Assembly: GCA_016794005.1 (NCBI GenBank)
Contig: JAEUKY010000383.1
Location: forward strand, 370 to 64,369
Direction of reading: 5' to 3'
DNA length: 64,000 bases
Origin: Rhodospirillales bacterium
GTDB taxonomy: Bacteria; Pseudomonadota; Alphaproteobacteria; CACIAM-22H2
The notes under the pieces were generated by a model. That model had not been told where the DNA came from. It searched no databases and saw nothing but the letters and a program-made list of their open reading frames with translations. Of this stretch, positions 57,576 to 64,000 are shown in pieces. Within the stretch, counting starts at the first letter, position 1. Every line of letters begins with the position of its first letter. The position numbers and the translations under genes are program-made.

Positions 57576-58265
57576 TTATTGCAGGCCGTCGACGCCCGCG
57601 AACGCCCGCAGCCTTGCTACATCCTCGATCTCTATTCGTCGACCAGCGGACCGGACGCCGACCGTCTCCAGTTGCCGGATCGACCGCGACCAGGATTCCG
57701 GCGTCATGCCGAGTTTCGCTGCAATGGATCGGAATTCCTGGTCCAGATTGAGTACGGCCGGGCCGGCGGCGGTTTGACGACACATCGTGCTGAGATGCGC
57801 CGCGACACGTTCGTGCGCCGAACGCAGCTTCAGGTCCTTGATCTGCTGAACGAGGATCCGCCAGTAGCGGGCGAGGTCGAAAGCCGCCGCACGCATCAGA
57901 TGCGGTTCCTGGTCGAGCGCGCGCCGCAAAGGACCCGCAGGGATCATGGCGATACGCGACGTTTCGAGTACGCGCGCCGACATGAGATACGGTGCTTCGA
58001 GCAAGATCGCCGGCAGGATGAAGGCGGAACCGGCGTGCATGATCTCGACGACGCACTCTTCACCATCCGATCTGGCCCCCACAAGGCCGCACCGGCCCTC
58101 CAGCAGCACATGGAGGAACTCTGCCTCTCCACCCTGCTCGAAGAGGAGAGCGCCCTTCGGAAGGGTCTGCACGAAAGCGCCGATCGCAAGCCGGTCGCAG
58201 ATCTCGGGCGGCACGTCGCGGAACATGGGGGTCCGGCCCAGTGTCGCTCGATCCGACGCCTTCAT
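57576..58265 (-). CDS. Crp/Fnr-family transcriptional regulator (no N-terminal Cys cluster; Dnr/NnrR-like)
   Basis: ORF as given. cNMP-binding-like barrel plus a C-terminal HTH (SIAAKLGMTPESWSRSIRQLE). Confidence 0.85.
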   Translation of the reverse strand: MKASDRATLGRTPMFRDVPPEICDRLAIGAFVQTLPKGALLFEQGGEAEFLHVLLEGRCGLVGARSDGEECVVEIMHAGSAFILPAILLEAPYLMSARVLETSRIAMIPAGPLRRALDQEPHLMRAAAFDLARYWRILVQQIKDLKLRSAHERVAAHLSTMCRQTAAGPAVLNLDQEFRSIAAKLGMTPESWSRSIRQLETVGVRSAGRRIEIEDVARLRAFAGVDGLQ

Positions 58266-58380
58266 CTGACGCTCCCTACGGTCGGTTGACGGTCGTCACC
58301 CGGCAAATTGACCGCGATCAGGTTGCCGGCTGGCGGATATCAAGAGACGATAAAGCTATTTCACATGACCTCCATCTGCC

Positions 58381-58394
58381 TTGACCTAGATCAA
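58381..58394. promoter_or_regulatory. FNR/FixK/Dnr-type box TTGAC-CTAG-ATCAA
   Basis: Perfect TTGA-N6-TCAA palindrome in the divergent crp / carbonic anhydrase intergenic region, 88 nt upstream of the carbonic anhydrase ATG. Confidence 0.65.
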
Positions 58395-58481
58395 CCGTCT
58401 GGCAGACGTCCGCCTGCATCGTCTTCGCTATCCACCCTGCGGAGTGACGAAATGTGCAGCGGATGCCGGCGCGGAGCCGCA

Positions 58482-59147
58482 ATGGAAGAACTTCTGTCGG
58501 GCTACCGCAGCTTCCGTACCGACTATTTCGAAACGAACCACACGCTCTTCGAGGAGCTTGCGATCAATGGCCAGTCCCCGCGCGTGCTGATCATTGCCTG
58601 CTCGGATTCTCGGACCGACCCGGCGATCATCACCGAGGCCGTTCCCGGCGATCTGTTCGTAATCCGGAATGTCGCGGCGCTGGTCCCGCCCTACGAGCCC
58701 GATGGACGGGCGCACGGTACGGCCTCTGCGCTCGAATTTGCAGTTCTCGGCCTGTCGGTCGAGCATGTCGTGGTGCTCGGCCATCGGCTGTGCGGCGGTA
58801 TACGTGCGCTCATGCAGGGCGCCCATCGCGACGGCCGGCGGTTCGACTTCCTCGCCGACTGGGTCGAGATTGCGGCTGAGGCGCGCGACTCGGCGCTCAG
58901 TGCCGTAACCGAAGTACCGATCGAGATGCGCGAGCGCCTGGTCGAGCAGCGGTCCATCTGCATCTCGGTGCGCAATCTGGTCACATATCCGTGGATCGCC
59001 GAGCGGATCGTGTCCGGCCACATCTCGATACACGGCTGGCACTTCGACATCGCAAGCGGGGGCATCGATACGCTCGATCCGGTGACGGGCATTTTCTCTC
59101 CTCTCGATGCCGGCATCGAGTCCGCTCGTGCGGGACGCGTCGCTTGA
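58482..59147 (+). CDS. beta-class carbonic anhydrase
   Basis: ORF 58308..59147 trimmed to MEELLSGYRSF (GGAG 5 nt upstream). Motifs CSDSR, GHRLCGG and the IHGWHFD C-terminal region. Confidence 0.85.
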   Translation: MEELLSGYRSFRTDYFETNHTLFEELAINGQSPRVLIIACSDSRTDPAIITEAVPGDLFVIRNVAALVPPYEPDGRAHGTASALEFAVLGLSVEHVVVLGHRLCGGIRALMQGAHRDGRRFDFLADWVEIAAEARDSALSAVTEVPIEMRERLVEQRSICISVRNLVTYPWIAERIVSGHISIHGWHFDIASGGIDTLDPVTGIFSPLDAGIESARAGRVA

Positions 59148-59237
59148 TATTCGTCAAGGCCATGTTTGATCTTGGCCACGCTGATCCGGTGCAAGGGTCA
59201 AGAAACGCGCGAATAGTCTGATCACCGTCTGGACAGA

Positions 59238-59251
59238 TTGACTTGAATCAA
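59238..59251. promoter_or_regulatory. FNR/FixK/Dnr-type box TTGAC-TTGA-ATCAA
   Basis: Perfect TTGA-N6-TCAA, ending 68 nt upstream of the proposed narK GTG start (59320). Confidence 0.65.
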
Positions 59252-59319
59252 GATGGCAGTGTCGGCATCGCGTGCATCGTCGTCCCTGTCAGTCGAACCT
59301 GATTCAGGGAGTGACGAAC

Positions 59320-62064
59320 GTGACCGACATCAAGCCGGCAGGTCAGCAGGCAGCCCTTTGGATGAGCACGATCGCCTTCACAGCGTGCTTTGCCGTCTGG
59401 ACCATCTTCGCGATCATCGGGATCCAAATCAAAAAGGATCTGGGCCTGTCAGATACGCAGTTCGGACTCCTCGTTGGCACGCCGATCCTGACCGGCTCGC
59501 TCATCCGCCTGCTTCTGGGCATCTGGTCCGACCAGTATGGCGGCCGCGTCGTTTACACGCTGACGATGCTGAGTGCGGCGGTCATGACGGCACTCCTTAC
59601 CTACGCCTATGATTATCTGACCTTCTTGCTTGCGGCACTCGGCGTGGGAATTGCCGGCGGATCGTTCTCGGTCGGCGTCGCCTATGTCGCCAAGTGGTAT
59701 CCGAAATCCCAACAAGGCACGGCGTTGGGAATATTCGGGGCCGGCAATGTCGGTGCGGCGGTCACCAAGTTCGTCGCTCCCACGATCATGGTCGCTTATG
59801 GCTGGAAGACAGTCGCGATCGTCTGGGCGATCGGACTTGCGGTCACTGCCATCGCCTTCTTCCTCACCACCAAGGATGATCCCGACCTCGCACGTCGGCG
59901 CCAGTCGGGCCAGAAGCCGGAGCCGCTCTCCGCGATGCTCGAGCCGCTCAAGAACATCCAGGTCTGGCGGTTTGCCGTCTACTACTTCTTCGTCTTCGGG
60001 GCCTTCGTGGCGCTTGCACTGTGGCTGCCGCGCTACCTGATCGGCGTCTACGGGCTCGACATCACGACGGCGGGCATGATTGGGGCCGCCTACTCGATCC
60101 CGGCCTCCGTTTTCCGCGCCTATGGCGGCCACCTTTCCGACAAGTACGGCGCACGCCGCATCATGTACTGGACCTTCGTGGTGTCGGTCGCCTGCACGTT
60201 CATCCTATCGTATCCGCCGACCCAGTACGTGATCGAAGGTATCGCCGGGCCTGTCGCGTTCTCGACGCGCATGGGTCTGATCGGCTTCATCGTCGTCGCC
60301 TTCGTGCTCGGCTTCTTCATGAGCCTCGGCAAGGCGGCGGTCTACAAGCACATACCGGTCTACTATCCGGAACGCGTGGGCGCCGTAGGCGGGGTTGTCG
60401 GCCTCGTCGGGGGCCTCGGCGGCTTCGTCCTGCCCATTGCGTTCGGCGCGCTCAACGATCTGACCGGCATCTGGCAGAGCTGCTTCTGGCTGCTGTTCGC
60501 GCTCGTCAGCGTGTCGCTGGTGTGGATGCACATCGCCGTGCGCCAGATGGAGCGGGAGGCTTCGGCGCGCGGCGTCGCCATCAGCACGCTTCCGGAACTG
60601 CCCGAGATGCAACTCATCCATGGCAAGGCCCAGGAAGGCGCGCTTTCCGGCACGGGCGCCATCGCCGACTGGCGCCCCGAAGACCGAGTTTTCTGGGAGG
60701 AGAAGGGTCGCGCGATCGCGCGCCGGAATCTCTGGATTTCGATCCCGGCGCTGCTGCTGTCGTTCGCCGTATGGATGGTCTGGTCGGTCGTCGTCGCCAA
60801 GCTGCCGACGGTCGGGTTCAGGTTCGACAACGAGCAGCTGTTCTGGCTGGCCGCGCTGCCGGGCCTCTCGGGCGCCACACTGCGGATCTTCTACAGCTTC
60901 ATGCCGGCGATCTTCGGCGGCCGGCTGTGGACGACGCTGTCGACCTGGTCGTTGCTGCTGCCTGCCGTCGGGATCGGCATGCTCGTGCAGAACCCGGCGA
61001 CACCCTACTGGATCTTCCTCGGCCTCGCTCTGCTGTGCGGATTCGGCGGCGGGAACTTCGCCTCGTCGATGGCGAACATCTCGTTCTTCTTCCCGAAGGC
61101 CGAGAAGGGGAACGCGCTTGCCCTCAACGCCGGGCTCGGGAACCTCGGGGTCAGTGTCGTCCAGTTCGTCGTCCCACTTGCCATCACGGTCGGCGTGTTT
61201 GGCGCGCTGGGCGGCGACCCGCAGAACTCGCTCCAGGGCGGTACGGCTTCTCCTCTCTGGCTGCAGAACGCCGGCTATGTCTTCGTGCCGTTCATCGTCG
61301 CCAGCGCCTTCGCGGCGTGGTTCGGCATGAACGACATCGCGACGATGAAGGCTTCGTTCGCCGACCAGGCCGTGATCTTCCGTCGCCGGCACAACTGGAT
61401 CATGTGCTGGCTCTACACGGGTACGTTCGGTTCGTTCATCGGCTTCTCGGCGGCATTTCCTCTGCTGTCGAAGATCCTGTTCCCCGACGTGAACACGCTC
61501 AAGTACGCGTTCCTCGGACCACTCGTCGGTGCCCTTTCTCGGGCGGCAGCCGGAACGCCGAGCGACCGGTTCGGCGGCGGGCGGGTGACGCTATGGGTCT
61601 TCGTCGCGATGAGCCTCGGTGTCCTCGGCGTTCTCTACGCGATCGGCATGAAGGGCGAGGCGATGGCCTTTCCGGTGTTCATGGGAAGCTTCCTCTTCCT
61701 GTTCGCCGCATCGGGTGTGGGCAACGCGTCCACGTTCCAGATGATCCCGGCTATCATGCGCCGGGAGGTTTCGCGCCTCGAACCTCACCTGTCTCCGGCG
61801 GATCGCATCCGCCAGTCGGATAAGGAAGCGGCCGCGATAATCGGCTTCACGTCGGCGATTGCGGCCTACGGCGCGTTCTTCATCCCGAAGAGCTTCGGCA
61901 CGTCCATCGCGATGACGGGCGGTGCCGAGCTGGCACTCGTCGGATTCCTGATCTTCTACCTGAGCTGCATCGCGATCACATGGGGCATCTATACGCGCCG
62001 CGATGGACTTCTCTACGACATCGAGCGTGCACCCCGCGCCGCCGCTTCCGGCACCGCCGCGTAA
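59320..62064 (+). CDS. narK: fused NarK1-NarK2 nitrate/nitrite transporter (two MFS domains)
   Basis: ORF 59272..62064 trimmed to GTG (VTDIKPAG) with AGGGAG 8 nt upstream. About 915 aa with two MFS halves joined by a hydrophilic linker (...MEREASARGVAISTLPELPEMQLIHGKAQEG...). Confidence 0.85.
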   Translation: MTDIKPAGQQAALWMSTIAFTACFAVWTIFAIIGIQIKKDLGLSDTQFGLLVGTPILTGSLIRLLLGIWSDQYGGRVVYTLTMLSAAVMTALLTYAYDYLTFLLAALGVGIAGGSFSVGVAYVAKWYPKSQQGTALGIFGAGNVGAAVTKFVAPTIMVAYGWKTVAIVWAIGLAVTAIAFFLTTKDDPDLARRRQSGQKPEPLSAMLEPLKNIQVWRFAVYYFFVFGAFVALALWLPRYLIGVYGLDITTAGMIGAAYSIPASVFRAYGGHLSDKYGARRIMYWTFVVSVACTFILSYPPTQYVIEGIAGPVAFSTRMGLIGFIVVAFVLGFFMSLGKAAVYKHIPVYYPERVGAVGGVVGLVGGLGGFVLPIAFGALNDLTGIWQSCFWLLFALVSVSLVWMHIAVRQMEREASARGVAISTLPELPEMQLIHGKAQEGALSGTGAIADWRPEDRVFWEEKGRAIARRNLWISIPALLLSFAVWMVWSVVVAKLPTVGFRFDNEQLFWLAALPGLSGATLRIFYSFMPAIFGGRLWTTLSTWSLLLPAVGIGMLVQNPATPYWIFLGLALLCGFGGGNFASSMANISFFFPKAEKGNALALNAGLGNLGVSVVQFVVPLAITVGVFGALGGDPQNSLQGGTASPLWLQNAGYVFVPFIVASAFAAWFGMNDIATMKASFADQAVIFRRRHNWIMCWLYTGTFGSFIGFSAAFPLLSKILFPDVNTLKYAFLGPLVGALSRAAAGTPSDRFGGGRVTLWVFVAMSLGVLGVLYAIGMKGEAMAFPVFMGSFLFLFAASGVGNASTFQMIPAIMRREVSRLEPHLSPADRIRQSDKEAAAIIGFTSAIAAYGAFFIPKSFGTSIAMTGGAELALVGFLIFYLSCIAITWGIYTRRDGLLYDIERAPRAAASGTAA

Positions 62065-62092
62065 TCCAGAAAATGACCCTGAGGACCCGACC

Positions 62093-64000
62093 ATGAGCCA
62101 GTTCCTTGACCGTCTCAACTTTCTTGCACGCAACGTCGAGAGCTTCTCCGGCGGGCATGGCACCGTCACCAACGAGAAGCGCGACTGGGAAGAGGGCTAT
62201 CGCAGCCGCTGGGCGCACGACAAGATCGTCCGCTCGACGCACGGCGTGAACTGCACGGGATCCTGCTCGTGGAAGATCTACGTCAAGGGCGGGATCGTGA
62301 CGTGGGAGACCCAGCAGACCGACTATCCGCGCACTCGCCCCGACATGCCGAACCACGAACCTCGCGGTTGCGCGCGCGGGGCTTCCTACTCCTGGTATCT
62401 CTACAGCGCGAACCGCGTGAAATATCCGCTGATTCGCGGTCGGCTGATCCGCATGTGGCGCGAGGCCAAGGCGCTGCACAAGGATCCGGTCGTCGCCTGG
62501 AAGTCGATCGTCAACGACCCGTCGAAGCGTTCGACGATCCACAAGAGCCGCGGAAAGGGCGGCTTCGTCCGCGCCAGTTGGGCGGAGGCGAACGAGATCG
62601 TAGCGGCGGCCAACGTGCACACGATCAAGCAGCACGGGCCGGACCGCATCATCGGCTTCTCGCCCATCCCGGCGATGTCGATGGTCTCCTATGCGGCGGG
62701 CTCGCGCTACCTCTCGCTGATCGGCGGCGTGTGCATGAGTTTCTACGACTGGTACTGCGATCTTCCGCCCGCCTCGCCGCAGACATGGGGCGAGCAGACA
62801 GACGTTCCGGAAAGCGCCGACTGGTACAATTCCGGCTACCTCATTCTTTGGGGGTCGAACGTTCCCCAGACACGCACGCCGGACGCTCACTTCTTCACCG
62901 AGGCCCGCTACAAGGGCGCCAAAGCCGTCGTCATCACGCCGGACTACAGTGAAGCGTCGAAGTTCGCCGACATCTGGCTGCATCCTAAGCAGGGGACAGA
63001 TGCGGCACTCGGCATGGCGTTCGGGCACGTCATCCTGAAGGAGTTCCACCTCGATCGGAAAGTTCCGTACTTCGAGGACTATGTCCGCCGCTATTCCGAC
63101 ATGCCGATGCTCGTCCGGCTGGTCGAGCAGGACGGGAAGCTGGTCGCCGACCGCTTCGTACGTTCGTCCGATTTCGCCGACGGTCTTGGAGAGACGAACA
63201 ATCCGGACTGGAAGCCCGTGGCCATCGACGAGGCGACGGGCGCGCCTTATGCACCGACCGGAACGATCGGCTTCCGCTGGGGCGAAAAGGGCAAGTGGAA
63301 CCTCGAAGGCCGCAATGCCGCTACGGGCAAGGAGACGTCGCCGGCCCTCAGCCTGATCGGATCGCGCGACTCGGTCGCAGCCGTCTCTTTCCCGTTCTTC
63401 GCGGCCGAAGATGCCCCCCGCTCGGCGCACTTCAAGGGTTCCGCGCACGCGCGGACGATCGTGCGCAACGTGCCGGCGCGCAAGCTGCGCCTCAAGGACG
63501 GCGAAACGCTGGTGGCGACCGTCTACGACCTGTTCATGGCGAACTACGGCATCGATCGCGGTCTTGGTGGCGATGCGGCGAGAAGCTACGACGACGACCA
63601 TCCCTACACGCCGGCATGGGCGGAGAAGATCTGCGGCGTGCCGCGCGACCGGATTGTTGCCGTCGCACGCGGCTTCGCCGACAACGCCGAGAAGACGAAG
63701 GGCCGTTCGATGGTCATCGTCGGCGCGGCGATGAACCACTGGTACCACGCCGACATGAACTACCGCGCGCTCATCAACATGCTCGTGATGTGCGGGTGCG
63801 TCGGGCAGCCGGGCGGCGGCTGGTCGCACTATGTCGGCCAGGAGAAGCTGCGCCCGCAATCGGGCTGGACGCCGCTGGCGTTCGCGCTGGACTGGCATCG
63901 TCCGCCGCGCCACATGAACTCGACGTCGTTCTTCTACGCGCACACCGACCAGTGGCGCTACGAGAAGCTCCGGCTGGACGAGATACTCTCGCCGCTGGCG
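62093..64000 (+). CDS. narG: respiratory nitrate reductase alpha subunit (5' part; runs off the window)
   Basis: Not in the ORF track because no stop lies in the window. ATG at 62093 with GAGGA SD. Translation MSQFLDRLNFLARN...HGVNCTGSCSWKIYVKGGIVTWETQQTDYP...EPRGCARGASYSWY is the canonical NarG N-terminus with the H-x3-C-x3-C FeS motif. Confidence 0.95.
   Translation, partial: MSQFLDRLNFLARNVESFSGGHGTVTNEKRDWEEGYRSRWAHDKIVRSTHGVNCTGSCSWKIYVKGGIVTWETQQTDYPRTRPDMPNHEPRGCARGASYSWYLYSANRVKYPLIRGRLIRMWREAKALHKDPVVAWKSIVNDPSKRSTIHKSRGKGGFVRASWAEANEIVAAANVHTIKQHGPDRIIGFSPIPAMSMVSYAAGSRYLSLIGGVCMSFYDWYCDLPPASPQTWGEQTDVPESADWYNSGYLILWGSNVPQTRTPDAHFFTEARYKGAKAVVITPDYSEASKFADIWLHPKQGTDAALGMAFGHVILKEFHLDRKVPYFEDYVRRYSDMPMLVRLVEQDGKLVADRFVRSSDFADGLGETNNPDWKPVAIDEATGAPYAPTGTIGFRWGEKGKWNLEGRNAATGKETSPALSLIGSRDSVAAVSFPFFAAEDAPRSAHFKGSAHARTIVRNVPARKLRLKDGETLVATVYDLFMANYGIDRGLGGDAARSYDDDHPYTPAWAEKICGVPRDRIVAVARGFADNAEKTKGRSMVIVGAAMNHWYHADMNYRALINMLVMCGCVGQPGGGWSHYVGQEKLRPQSGWTPLAFALDWHRPPRHMNSTSFFYAHTDQWRYEKLRLDEILSPLA

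Overview
Visibly GC-rich proteobacterial chromosomal segment, almost fully coding. I recognise no rRNA, no intact tRNA, no CRISPR array and no integrase or transposase ORF.

Layout:
(1) 4-13404, minus strand. A PaaI thioesterase / VOC / quinone-oxidoreductase trio, then a 10-gene translationally coupled operon. It joins a peptide/opine-type ABC importer to five enzymes: an alpha/beta hydrolase, a creatininase-family amidohydrolase, an FAD oxidoreductase, an acyl-CoA ligase and a PLP aldolase-like enzyme.
(2) 14181-26163. An accessory mix: ECF sigma factor, NDH-2, LysR, DoxX, bdhA / patatin / acetoacetate decarboxylase / membrane adenylate cyclase, an MCP, a redoxin, a haloacid dehalogenase and a secreted catalase-like haem protein.
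(3) 26430-26775. A decayed N-terminal fragment of an SbtA-like bicarbonate permease.
(4) 27115-57325. A roughly 30-kb catabolic block with three Cys-type sulfatases, two TTT transporters, two ABC importers, enolase-family and UxaA-type dehydratases, three Gfo/Idh/MocA oxidoreductases, DUF3604- and DUF4432-like proteins, and LysR and GntR regulators.
(5) 57576-64000. A Crp/Fnr regulator, a beta-carbonic anhydrase, a fused narK1-narK2 and the 5' part of narG, with canonical FNR-type boxes.

The most unusual signal is non-coding. Three same-strand copies (plus one decayed partial copy) of a ~175-190-nt element sit at 13.9, 26.9 and 57.4 kb. Each consists of a conserved leader with a hairpin, a tRNA-Pro(GGG) 3' half (anticodon loop to CCA) and its own terminator-like hairpin. 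The second and third copies bracket the sulfatase block, and the second abuts the truncated sbtA-like gene. All calls come from reading the sequence and the ORF translations. No database search was run.
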